In this document: piece after piece, positions 1 to 11,384 of the stretch
Numbering within the stretch: the stretch's first letter is position 1
Layout of the letters: every line of letters begins with the position of its first letter
NCBI GenBank assembly: GCA_002633005.1
Contig: NMRA01000457.1
Location: 162,145-226,144 of the forward strand
Direction: 5' to 3'
DNA from: Phoronis australis
Lineage: Eukaryota > Animalia > Phoronida
Length of the DNA: 64,000 nt
Program-made: the position numbers and the translations under genes
Notes under the pieces: generated by a model
What the model saw: only the letters and a program-made list of their open reading frames with translations
Databases searched by the model: none
What the model was told of the DNA's origin: nothing

Positions 1-406
1 CGCACTACGACTCCGTTTTCGTCGTCGGCTCCACTGTGCAATGAAGAAAATTTACTTCATTTTTTAAAGAGAATGGAACCTGAGTGACGATGAAAAAACA
101 GAAGCTGCTGGTAAGATGTGAATTTAAATCGAAGCCTTAGTGGATCACTCAGAAACTCGCAATACTCTCTTTTTCAAACCTTATCTTAAGACGATTTCCA
201 AAGCAATCCCGTCATTATTGCCAACACGAAAAACGGATTTGGTCTTTTGGGCATTTGAAGACTATTTTAAATACGACAAATTTGTTAACAATTGATGGCA
301 CAAAATATAAAACGTGTAATAAGCATTACGAAAAGAAGTAGGTTTCGCGCGCAAACGCTGTGGACCATAAACAAGTAGGTCTTTTAGTATGAGATTTGTA
401 GTTAAT

Positions 407-473
407 CGTGGTGGTGTAGTGGTAACGCACGCGCTCCCTATCTGCCAGGTCGTGAGTTCGAATCTTTGGTACA
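407..473 (+). repeat. tRNA-derived (SINE-like) head
   Basis: A-box gtggtgtagtggtaa and B-box gagttcgaatc; no intact cloverleaf. Confidence 0.5.
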
Positions 474-539
474 TTCAGTTTTTCTGTTTGACACGTTCTC
501 CGCGTTTTGTTTTTTTTTTCCTTTCTTTCTTGGATAATA

Positions 540-738
540 CTTCAGGAATCAAGGAAAATGCTTGATTTTTAGAGGTAAAAACAGAAAAATTTCCTGAGCG
601 GGAGGGGGGCAAATCCCCCCTCCCGACCTCCCCCAAGTCGGTGCTATGCGCATCTACAATCGTGGTTCAGTTTGCACAAATGCTTACAGCCGGACAAAAT
701 GTTGGTCCCCCCCTTGTGATATCCTAGATCCGCCACTG
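540..738 (-). mobile_element. Partial copy of the CAGTGGCGGATCTAG MITE family
   Basis: Terminal cccccttgtgatatcctagatccgccactg matches the 36103 copy. Related termini occur at ~16925-16944, ~21358-21392 and ~61060-61088. Confidence 0.6.
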
Positions 739-763
739 ACCAGCTTCGATTGCCATTTTGAAG

Positions 764-957
764 GCCGACGACAAAAGTCACGTGGACAACTAATGCTTCT
801 ATAAACGCCATCAATAATACAAATCCAAGCCGATCTCACGTGCAAATAATTTCTGAGATCACGCGAGATCATGCGGGATGGTACAAGTGTAAAGGGACAC
901 ATCCATTCAACAACAGTGTCGTCGTTGGAGCATATGTAATGCAGGTACTTGTTTTAG
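764..957 (+). CDS. Ig-like domain exon of the mosaic membrane protein gene (possibly damaged)
   Basis: Reads PTTKVTWTTNASINAINNTNPSRSHVQIISEITRDHAGWYKCKGTHPFNNSVVVGAYVMQVLVL, with the Ig core Trp and DxGxYxC motif. Donor G|GTAAG at 957/958. The 5' boundary is uncertain (AG at 762-763; upstream FDCHFEG is in another frame). Confidence 0.5.
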
Positions 958-3124
958 GTAAGAGACGAGCTCCAAAACAAGTGAGTGTTGTTTTCTTCCC
1001 CATAACATTTAGAGTTTGCAAAGAGGATGACCGCCTCAAACTACACTTGAAATAGCAGACTGTAACTTCATTTCCAAAAGTCATTGCTCTATTCACAATA
1101 ACCTCTAGCCCGTGTACTTGGGCACGATGCTTCCGTTGGATAATTCACCGACCAAAACGTCGTGCCAATTTAGGCTAGAAGTTGGTATACATAGTATCAA
1201 CAGATATGAGAAGACAAAATATTAATGCCCACGGACAGGTGCCCGTATACACGTACATACAACGTTTTGCCCAACTTTGGCAACCTTAGTGATACAACAA
1301 GTAGATGGCTAATATCGAACTATGATCTTCCAAACAAATTTCAACTCAAAGCCACAGGTGTAGCATTAATGACGTGCCGGAAACATTCTCCATGAGTCAG
1401 CTGTAACTATGTGAAGGTTGAATGTTTAAGAATCGTGCAGCGTTCCTTTTGTTTCTATCTCTGACCCTCAGACAGAATGTCCCCACTTTTTTCGAAGAAA
1501 TGTGGCAACTTCCTTATCTCCCATTATATCTCGAACAGTTACAGAAGCCGGGTACCGGTACCGGTATCTGGCGTGAATATATAAACATCTAGAGAAACGA
1601 TGTGTCAACGAGAATGAGTACCAAGTTAAAAGTTAGACACTGTTAATTTTTTTTACACACTGAACTTATACAAATGACTTCTACACGGTAGTACAGTACG
1701 GTGACGGTTCATTGTGGACAGTTATGTCTATGTCTTCGTTCTTATCAAAATTCATTGCTGTAACTCATTTCAAACTGAATTATATTAGAGCCTGGTTTTT
1801 TTAAACAATGCTTAAAAATATTGCTTTCAAAACCATTCCAATAGAACAATGGCTCCTTTAATTGGGCTGGATATCGGAATCCCAGCCAAGGTAAGGATTG
1901 TTCCCATTTCATTAATAAGACCGGCTGTTAGTAACGGGCTTGTTTTCACAGGAGGTTTGGCCGATGTGTGCTTCGTCTTCCAAGGAATAACTTACAAATA
2001 AGTCGTGCATGTTCACCAAAAGTTTATTGAATACCGACATGTCTATACACCAAGAGAGCCCATTTATTTCTGACGGTACTGTTTCATGATAAGTTCTCAT
2101 ATTTCTCAAGAGGGGACGTCGGTGATAAATTACAGTTAACAAAACACATCGTCTGTCTTTAGATTAAACGAGGTTACAGGTGACGTCGTTGTACCATTAA
2201 CTTTTAAATGTGCTTAGTATGTGTTGTTTTTCATGTGAGACATCTCGCGAGAATTGCGTGGAATTAGACAGTTCTTATATTTTAGATTTAGTCTCATTCA
2301 TTTCAGGCGAAGTGTGTATACCGATCTCCGAATTCAGTTAAATTACCTGTCAGAAACCGCAGTTTAAGTAATTCAAACTTAGTTTATTGTCTTTAATACA
2401 GACCCTCCAGTGATACAAACCAGCCTTCCGCATTTCTTTGTAAAGCCAGGAACAGAAGCCGAGTTCGTATGCAAAGGACAGGAAAACAATAGTGACAGCC
2501 TGCCTATATGGATGATGAACGCAAACGCGATTTATGGTGAAGATTTGGGGTAGAGCATAGCATATGCTCATTGATTATTATTGAATTATCGAACTTGAAA
2601 TTGATATTTGGAACCGGTTCGAATTAAACTCCTGACATGTTCTCGAGTTCCATCGTGTCACAAGGTCGTGGTATCTTGTTTGTTGAAGTTTCTATCAAAA
2701 CCAAATTAGCAATACTTTTCTCTACTTCTGTCATTCCGTCTTCTGACAAACAGTTTCCAGCTGCGAGCAACATGATTAACAGGAAGGTGTATCGCAATAA
2801 CGACGCTAAATACGTTTTGTCAAATTTCCTAGTCAGGATATCTCCTGTTTTATATAACTGTGTTTTAAAGTACGCTGTCAGCCATTTTTTCAAAGTGAGT
2901 GAACATTACATCTTCATAAACACCAAGTATGAAAGGTTTTCTATTTTAACAATTTCATCACACAAAGGTGTTCTATATAGGACTTTGAAAGGGTGTTCTA
3001 GGACTTTGAAAAGGCGTTCTGTAGAGAAAAAACACAAAAAGCACTGAGTTGTTTTCTAACCAACATTGTGTCAAGATTGCGATAGCTTTTTAAACCTGCT
3101 TCTATGGTCCAATTTTTCTTTCAG

Positions 3125-3259
3125 GTGCAACGAAAGTAGCTGAGGAGGACGGGCGTCTAGTTACACAGAACTTGAAGAATAAGGACGTTATGACTATTCA
3201 ATGTTTGCTATCGAGTGACACGGGACACGTCGTTAAGTCTGCAACGATAATCGTTCTGG
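3125..3259 (+). CDS. C-terminal half of an Ig-like domain (exon, phase 1-1)
   Basis: Acceptor tttttctttcag|, donor g|gtagag. Reads GATKVAEEDGRLVTQNLKNKDVMTIQCLLSSDTGHVVKSATIIVL, matching the Ig E-F-G strand pattern. Confidence 0.55.
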
Positions 3260-3361
3260 GTAGAGGCTTGTTTATTTCACTTTTTCATAAGGCTGATTTC
3301 AGAAAAAAAAGATTTTTCTAGCCGATAATGTCGCTTTAATCACTTCAAGTGAAATGTGACA

Positions 3362-3669
3362 CATAGACGGATTTAGGGGGGCCAGCNCCCCCCCCCCCCC
3401 CCTGCCTGGTGCAAGCAAAATTAGACGGAAACAGCGTGAAGAACTATGGAGTTCACTAACCAGGAACGGCGGCGGAGAGGCCCTAGAGCGCGGCGCAATC
3501 GAGTTCCCTTTTTTTCTCTTTTTTAGCCCTCCGATAGAATTTGGGAACACCAGGTACACATCGCCAGCCCCCGCAACCTTTTGGGCCGTCTCTGCGTACA
3601 ATCGCACTGTCCCCAATTCTCAGAGGCAACATGTTGCTCCCCGGTTATGGTATCCTAGTTCCGCCACTG
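3362..3669 (-). mobile_element. MITE with CAGTGGCGGA.../...TCCGYCTATG ends and 5-bp TSD (hAT-like)
   Basis: Ends catagacggatttaggggg and atcctagttccgccactg; flanks tgaca / cgaca. Same family as the 36103-36787 copy. Confidence 0.65.
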
Positions 3670-4000
3670 CGACACAGCAAGATATCAGATATTTATTTGT
3701 GTCCCGGTAGAGCAACGGGATCACTGCACATGTGTCCGGAAATCAAGGTTTGACAAGATCACCATGTATGCTGCTGCTTATTAGTAGAATGGGCTGCTAA
3801 AGACGTGGCCGGAGTTCCAATCGCGGATGGTCGAGTTATGGTCGTTGGTCAACCCATTCCCAAACAATTCATTGAATCTAATGTTAAAATTTGGTAGTGT
3901 CATATTATTTGATAATGGTTTCCAAGGTGGTGCGATAGGAGCATAATATGATCTCATCGGCTTTATGGTGATTGAGTAAAATCAACTTTCGTACTCTTAA

Positions 4001-5675
4001 AGGAGATTGCCACCCGATTTAATTAATCTTTTTTACCGTCTTAATCGATCTATATTCACATCGCCTCTCATACGGTCGACCTCACCTTGCCGAGAGGTGT
4101 CGCGTTAACCTTTGAGGAAGGCGAAAAACGACGCAGCGACGTCAGTGGTTCGTCTGCAGAATCAATGCCACTATATTGCGGTGCATTGTTCCCGCTTGTC
4201 CAAACTATGAAGCTGTGAAGAAAGCGGGTATATCGTTTTTTCGACTTCTTTGAGAGCCCGGAATGCTTAGGAAAAGTGGCTCGCGGTAATGAAGAATGAA
4301 AGATATGCTGTTAATAGCAAGTATGAGGCCGTGAAACATCTCCATGTCTGTGGCCGGCATTTCGTCGACAGTGATTTCTTTGACGAATTCCGGCTTACCA
4401 AAGAACTATCCATACGTTCCGTTGCGTATGCATGTTCACGGAACCTCTTTAGTATTTCTTGATCAGTCTATTCCGGTTCGAAATGATAGCCTGTGAAACC
4501 TAACGATCCGACCCGTGAAGTCTTCGTCGGATGAGCTCTTTACTAAGTCGGGATTGGCGCCGGGCGAGTTGTCATGTAGACGTTTATTATTCTGCGTTCT
4601 GTTTCAAAATGAGTTATTCTCATCCTAAATGATTCTAAACAATGCTTACATGAAACTGAAAAAAGTCTGTTTTATTAAATACAATTTGTAATGTCTTGGA
4701 GTGCTCGTGAGTGCAAATGTTTTGAGAAGCCAGCAATGAATAAACCACTGCGTTACCGGCTTTCGATGCCAGAAACAAAGGTAATTGACCGGGCACCGAG
4801 GCCGTGTGAGCGCATGCTAATTCAGTGTTTGCTGACAGAAAGTTGTTGTGAAACAATTACTAGATTTTATATGCTATGGTCAAATGTTAGGGGAATCTTT
4901 ATTTAGAAATACAAATACATTATTCAAATCATTGATGCTGTACAACCTTTGCCGACGGTCTGTGGAAGGGGAACCCGACTTCGCGGCCCTCGACAAGTAA
5001 GCAGATTTTCAGTTTCGCGGCTAATTCACATAAATAATATTACGTGCACATTATTTTTCTGCTCACTATTATAGTCTTTTCGGGACTGGAGGTTTAGTTT
5101 CCAACTCAAGCTGTTTATGTTCGTACCAGTCCTGGCGGCAGCAACGGGTCTGATCGCCGGTGTTCCGAGCCACTTGCCGGGATAACAAGGGTTTTGTATG
5201 TTTAGAACTCAAAAATGACAAGTATAAACAACACAGATCTAGGTTCTCCTGTCTGTATTTCACGGAAGAATACTTCGAATTTATCTCCGAACAGACCCCA
5301 AACTCCTACGGCCGGACCCTGGTAAATTGGCCTGTCGAACTTTGTAGGCTACGCTGTGTAAAAATACCAATAAATTCGTAACAGCGAAATAAAACAACAC
5401 GTTTTTATAAGAACTCGGTTTTTTTAAGAGTTTTACATCGAAGTTTGATGATTTATTGGTGTTAAACGATGAATTCAAGCGATAAGATGACACCACTAAC
5501 CCGTGTTGTGAACTGCTAAACAGACTGCGTGTGAAACCAATGACGTCATTGGATAATTTCAACACCACCGTCTGCCGTCAGGTGTCAGGTAACGCAACCG
5601 AACCTGCCCCTATAGAGTAGATTTACTCGACCTTAATTGATAAAAAATAGATTGTTTTTTGGGAGGCATTCCCTT
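4001..5675 (+). mobile_element. Non-autonomous Kolobok-type DNA transposon (copy A) with THAP pseudogene
   Basis: TTAA on both sides (3997-4000, 5676-5679). Imperfect TIR aggagattgccaccc / rc aagggaatgcctccc. Frameshifted THAP at 4182-4430: CIVPACPNY...ISFFRL / KWLAVMKN...HVCGRHFVDSDF. Confidence 0.75.
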
Positions 5676-5744
5676 TTAACGTGATAGGTTTTGTGTTATC
5701 AACTAATGCACACGAACAGTAGTTGCATCTTCCACCACCCTTCG

Positions 5745-5824
5745 CCCCCAACCCCTGTCCCCAACCCCTGTCCCCCAACCCCTGCCCTCAACCCTCAACC
5801 CTCAACAACCAACCCCCAACCCCA
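5745..5824. repeat. C-rich simple repeat (ccccaacccctgt / caaccct)n
   Basis: Directly visible degenerate tandem array. Confidence 0.8.
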
Positions 5825-5992
5825 CGATGAAGTTACGGGTTTGAGTAATAGTTGGTCCTGTGCCTGCTTTGATAACAGTTTAGTACTTTTCCTGCTACTG
5901 TGCAGGTACATGTACGTTCCAATACAGTGACAAAATTATGGATCCGCGCATGCGCTCTTACTGCTGCTTACAGTTGTGTCTACGTTTAACAG

Positions 5993-6178
5993 AGCCTGTC
6001 GACGGTGGTTGGTCCGATTACGGTGAGTGGTCCTCGTGTACAGCGACGTGTGGCGGGGGAACGATGAAAGCGACAAGGACGTGTACGAAACCCCGTGCAG
6101 CACGACGTGGTACACCATGTCAGGGGCCATCAGAAAATGTAATCGATTGCAACAAACAAGTTTGTCCCAGAAAGCCAA
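5993..6178 (+). CDS. Thrombospondin type-1 (TSP1) repeat exon 1
   Basis: EPVDGGWSDYGEWSSCTATCGGGTMKATRTCTKPRAARRGTPCQGPSENVIDCNKQVCP. Acceptor aacag|, donor a|gtaaat, phase 1-1. Confidence 0.88.
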
Positions 6179-6350
6179 GTAAATATGGAATGTTTTCATC
6201 TTGATGTTATCTTTCTTCAGAATGCCTGCAGTTCAGTTTGATGATCCACGATCTGAGAGGAGGCCCACTGGGCTTTTGGTATACAACAAGCAAATACGTC
6301 ATGCTGAGAAAAAGCTTGAAAATTAGAGTAGTATGAAGGGCCATTTTTTT

Positions 6351-6604
6351 NNNNNNNNNNNNNNNNNNNNNNNNNNNNNNNNNNNNNNNNNNNNNNNNNN
6401 NNNNNNNNNNNNNNNNNNNNNNNNNNNNNNNNNNNNNNNNNNNNNNNNNNNNNNNNNNNNNNNNNNNNNNNNNNNNNNNNNNNNNNNNNNNNNNNNNNNN
6501 NNNNNNNNNNNNNNNNNNNNNNNNNNNNNNNNNNNNNNNNNNNNNNNNNNNNNNNNNNNNNNNNNNNNNNNNNNNNNNNNNNNNNNNNNNNNNNNNNNNN
6601 NNNN
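6351..6604. other. Assembly gap (N run)
   Basis: Run of N. A second gap lies at 36135-36757. Confidence 1.
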
Positions 6605-7211
6605 TTCTCATGATCAAGTAGTCGATGGATTGACGGCGAAAGCCGCGCAAAATTAGACTTTCGGATTTAGCTCGGGAGCGTCCGTCAAAACCCGGATGTG
6701 CGAAGACCGTCTGCCATGACATCACGGAATTAGGTCCTTGAATTTGTGATTTTGGCATTCTTTTGGCATTTTTGTCGCTAAATCACCACTCGAAGGCAAT
6801 TTGAAGAGATCAACTAAAAGAAGGTATTCTAAGAGTTGTTCGATGCTAGTTTCGTGGAGTTCCATGCACATTTGAGTAGAAAATCTTTAGGAAACAGATT
6901 TCGACTGTCCAACCTTTATGTTTTCTGTGTTGTTGAGTTGGCCAGATATCCGCACGCGTTTGGAAGTCACTTGCAGTGTCATATTTGAAATTGTTGCTTA
7001 GGGTCACGTTCTATAACTTTTTTTTTGGTTCTTGAAAACGCCGAATGAGCTTTCCTTAGCACGCATGGTGGCAAATGGACTTGACGGAGTCAATTGCTCG
7101 CTTCAAGGGGAGGATTCATCATTAATAGCTCGATTTACTCCAAATTGATTCTTTTGTCTTCATCTTTGCCTACTACTGTGATTTTTAAATCAAGTATGCA
7201 TATTTTCTTAG

Positions 7212-7367
7212 TTCAGGTTTCCGACACTTGGGGTGCGTTCGGCGCTTGGACAGTATGTACCAAAACTTGCGGAAGCGGCGTACAGACCCGAAGCAGACTA
7301 TGCAGTGGGCAAGGCTGCCTTGGCAAAGACATAGTCACGCGCCAGTGTAATCGGCAAAACTGTCCAG
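7212..7367 (+). CDS. TSP1 repeat exon 2
   Basis: QVSDTWGAFGAWTVCTKTCGSGVQTRSRLCSGQGCLGKDIVTRQCNRQNCP. Acceptor ttttcttag|, donor g|gtaagg, phase 1-1. Confidence 0.88.
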
Positions 7368-7968
7368 GTAAGGATGTACACTTATCCTTTCATCCAGAAC
7401 TGGACGTCTGTAAAAAACTAAATGTGTATTCTAAGCCGTCGAAACCTTTGAGGTGTTTCGTGGTATGTCACGGTCAGATCACAACGCATATTTTGAACTA
7501 ATTAATGTGCAAACTTTCACACCCCAATGAAGCCTCATGGACGACAAGTAATTCCCCTCGTTAATGAGTCGGCCGTTTGGCCATTTCTCGCTTTTCCCAA
7601 TAACGAATTCAAGTGGGGATAATCGAACTAATTCAACCACTGTGAGTTGACGTACAGTATGAGCCTTTATTCAAAGGGTTTAAAATCCCGCAAAAGTGAT
7701 CCACGAAAGATTAAGTAATCTTTTAGTTTGTAAAAATAGTTTTAGGTATTTTAACTACTGGAATCTCTCTCCGCGTTACTGCATCTTACCGTCTGTCACA
7801 ATGTTACTTGCACGAGAAAGTGGCCCTGTGAAAAGTTCATTATCGTCACCCAGAAATCAACGTGTGAGAGTCTATGCGAATGCATTAATGTGGATATTTT
7901 TCCTAAACATAAAGTGAGGAATAGACCGGGAAAGTATAGTGAATCATCGTCCTGTTTTGCTTGACAAC

Positions 7969-9141
7969 TTTTTATGCGACCACATATTTACATGTTGTCG
8001 CATGTTACCGGCATCTCTGTCTGGGCGTCCGGCGTCCGCAGCTGTGTCTCCTAAACACCTCACAGGATTTTGATGAGATTTGGCAGTGTTTTTATGAAGC
8101 TGATGACGGCTGACGACAACTTTCGGACGAATCGGACTACCGATGTGTTCCGTAGTCGCAGTTTTAGTTTTTATGTTTGCCTCTGTGTCTTCAAACTTGT
8201 GTCATTAACGGATTTTCACAAAATTTGGCAGATAGGCATCTATTAGTGAGGTAACGCTATCATCCGGTTTTCGGTTAAATTCAAGGCATTTTGCGCTATC
8301 TAGTGGCCATTTTCAATATTTCCGAGTCTGTTTTCCTGCATCTGCTCCTCTGCCAACCAAAACATTTTAAGGATGATTGTGGATGTATGTATGTTCATAA
8401 TGTGGAGAGGAGGGCTGACGATGATTTTCCGACGACCTTGACAACTGTGGCGCCTCTTAGTGGCAGTTTTCTACGCCCATGGCTATATCTCCTAAATCCT
8501 CAGCAGGATCTTTATTAAGTTTAGCAAGTGTATTTATATGAACTTGACAACAAACGATATCGACTTTCGGATGGATCGGACCACCGGTGTGCCCCATAGT
8601 GGCAATTTTACCTCTGTATCTTCAAAGGTACTTAACAGATTTTCATAAAATTTGGCAGATAGGCATCTATTAGTAAGCTGACGCTATTCTCCGGTTTTGG
8701 TTTGATTCGTGTTATTTTGCGCCACCTGGTGGTCATTTAAATGTTTTCGTGTCTTGTTATTTGGCATCTGCTCCTCTGTCAACCAAACCACTCTAAGGAG
8801 GGTAATTGGCATGAATGTTCCTAATGTGAAGAGGAAATCTGACGATGATTTTCCGACGACTTCATCTACTGTGGCGCCTCATAGTGGCAGTTATGTTTTT
8901 TGCGCCTGTAGTCTCTTAGTGGCAATTTCATTTTTTTTCGTTTTCCTCGGTTTCTCAGAAGTTCCTTGACGGATTTTTTATGAAATTTGGTAATTAGCTT
9001 TGATGACATACCAGTTTTCGGATGGATTCGATATATTTTTAGCCATCTAGTGGTCATTTTTATGTTCCACATAAACACCCTTAGAAGCAGTGTTTGCGGT
9101 GCATTCGTGGACGCATTTCAACGCTTGGCGTTGCTTTTGTT
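7969..9141 (+). mobile_element. Helentron-associated (HINE/DINE-1-like) non-autonomous element with internal tandem units
   Basis: T-rich start, 5' inverted repeat atgcgaccacat...atgttgtcgcat, gtcc-type microsatellite, ~430-bp internal duplication (cggattttcaYaaaatttggcagataggcatctattagt at ~8209 and ~8636), and 3' hairpin caacgcttggcgttg followed by Ts. Confidence 0.65.
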
Positions 9142-9529
9142 ACCGTGAGGTAGGAACGAACATGAGATTCCTAGCCTTGGGTGTGCCAGAATCACCAAGT
9201 TGCACGGAATTCAGTGATTTAATTTAACCTCGTTGTTGTAGCAGGCACAAAAAGCTAGGATGTTTCCCAATAGATGAATCATTGTGTTTGTACATTTTTC
9301 AACATCAACCAATCGGAATATCTGATTGCTATTTTCAGCCATTGTCTGAATGCTGCTTCCATAAATAAATGAGAAGCTTGGATCTTCTACAGTGCTACCC
9401 CTCATAGCACTGGGGTTTGCATTTTCGGATTATTACGTTGCGGAAATTGATTGCTATAGACACTTACATGCATCTGAAGAGAAGCAACCTGTAGTTTTTA
9501 ATTCCACAGTATGGTGTTCTTGTCTTCAG

Positions 9530-9700
9530 TTGATGGCACCTGGGGCGAGTTTAGCGTCTGGTCGGCGTGTAGCGTCACGTGCGGTGAAGGAGTTCGACTG
9601 AAAACAAGACTGTGTACAAATCCTCCGCCGAAATATGGTGGGCAAAATTGCTCGGGACCAAGTTATTTGACTGAGTCTTGTAACAAACCGCCTTGCCGAG
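9530..9700 (+). CDS. TSP1 repeat exon 3
   Basis: VDGTWGEFSVWSACSVTCGEGVRLKTRLCTNPPPKYGGQNCSGPSYLTESCNKPPCR. Acceptor tcttcag|, donor g|gtaatg. Confidence 0.92.
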
Positions 9701-10528
9701 GTAATGTACAACTGTAAGGACTTACAATAGAAATAAACATGGCGTAAAGCACATTCACGAATAGGCTGTGTCCGTAATGATATAGATTCTCCCTTGTGGT
9801 AGTGAACGAAAATTCATCCTCACTTTGTCTAATGACTATGGTAATGGGTAAAGCAAAATTGCAGGCTGGTTTTTGAAAAGAAAAAGAATTGACAATTTGG
9901 GACAGCCTAAGTTCAAAATGTCTTAGTAGCTTTAAGACTGCTCTTTTAGTCTAAAATAAAATGTCCAAACTTACGACTATCATCACTGTAAACTGTTGAG
10001 GAATAGGTTTTGTTGATATTTTTTACAATCCCTGATGTCCCTAACTAATCTGCTGCTTTCGATTCCAGAACCGGCAAAGTGACCGAGACTCGTAGGGGCG
10101 TCTTGCTTGCCAGGGCCTTCCTACTGAAGCAGTCCCAATTGTATCCAAATGTTGTAAATAAATCCCCCACTTAGCGTTTCCCGGCCAAGATAATTCTTAA
10201 AACCGTACTTCACGCGCTCCCTGGCCTAGTTTTCTTTTCTTTTAGTTAGCAGGTTGTAGTTTATATGCAACATTTTTCATGTCATTCTTAATAAAAATAC
10301 GGTCCGTTTATTATCCCAAACGTTTGTTTCGGTTCATAACGGCTTCCCGTAATTTTATTAATTAGTCGTGCCTTACTCCGGAAGTAACGTTCAAGGGGTG
10401 AAGAATTTCCCGCCATTTGGTTTTCATGTAGTCTGACTGTGTGAACTGTAGTCAGTTATCATTTTACCTCGGTTGTGATAAGTTTGGTTGTCGTTTGTGT
10501 TTGTTTAGGAGTCAGTCAACAGCAGGGT

Positions 10529-11226
10529 TGCTGCGTACCGGGGTATGCTCATTATCGTCTCACGCACTGTGGGTGTGCCATTATATCGCTTTCCTAAAGA
10601 TGTCACGCTCTGCCGTACTTGGCCCGTTCCTGTGAAGAACGCAGCGTTGGTGTCCACGCGACGCACAAAGCAGTGGAGAATTAGCGAGTGTGTGGCAAGG
10701 ATTTTCTGCCGTTGGATTACGAAAGAAATATGTGCGTGGAATCGTTGAAGGTTTCTGCAAAACAACCCCTCAAGAAGGGTGCCATACTGTCGCTTTTGAT
10801 TCCTGACAGTGCCCCGTCGCCACCCCCTAGAAGTGCATTTTTGAAGCATGTGGCCTCACGAGCTGTGGCCTCTACAGTGACAGAGGGCGCTACATCTACT
10901 GTCACCAGTGCCTCTGAACGTATCCCAGAGTGTGTAATTCCGGGAACTAGCAGTGATTCGCCCTGTGTTGGTGTTGTCTCCAGCCCAGAGCCAGTAAGCA
11001 GGCCTGCAGCGATGTTGAGTAGTGGGAATCAATATAGGCCAAGCTCGACACCCAGTGGGGACGACAGTTCGTCGTCCAGTGGTCAGGCCGGTGAGCCAAA
11101 CTTTAATGAGTTTATTGTGGACTTGACTAAAGTATTGGAGCTATTTAGAAGGTGCTAAGTGTGCGACGAGGGAGTCGCATGCCTGGATGTAAGCGGTTTG
11201 GGTGCTCAAGCCACCATCCAGTGGGA
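10529..11226 (+). pseudogene. THAP-domain transposase N-terminal fragment
   Basis: Across frameshifts: CCVPG / ...LYRFPKDVTLCRTW... / VCGKDF...LKKGAILSL, then a Ser/Pro linker, then FIVDLTKVLELFRRC*VC...GLGAQATIQWE (zinc-finger motif preceding the DDE core). Confidence 0.8.
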
Positions 11227-11384
11227 ACAGCATAGGCATTCCACTGAGGTCGGCATAGCAGTGCACACCTTGCATTTGCACCAAGACGTCCCACCACGTC
11301 TGTCCTCAGTCTCTGCCTTACCTCTCTCAACAGCTGTCTGTATTCTGTCTCACTATACTCGGGCTCAAACATATATCCACCCAC
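11227..11384 (-). pseudogene. KolX (P2X7 cytoplasmic ballast-like Cys cluster) N-terminal fragment
   Basis: GYMFEPEYSETE... then, after a frameshift, WCKCKVCTAMPTSVECLCC (11283-11227), matching the WCxCxxCxxMxTxxECxCC ballast signature. Confidence 0.8.

Noticed and set aside
407-473. Functional tRNA gene (also 18421-18496 and ~52067-52135)
   Set aside because: A and B boxes are present, but acceptor and anticodon stems do not pair; treated as SINE-like or pseudo-tRNA.
2624-2893. Minus-strand ORF with a signal-peptide-like stretch (FLLIMLLAAGNCLS)
   Set aside because: No ATG in suitable context, no supporting exons and no recognisable domain.
5745-5824. Interstitial telomeric repeat
   Set aside because: Units are caaccct/cccaacccctgt, not canonical CCCTAA; treated as a simple repeat.
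6207-6758. Long ORFs spanning N runs (also 36105-36776)
   Set aside because: Artefacts of translating through assembly gaps.
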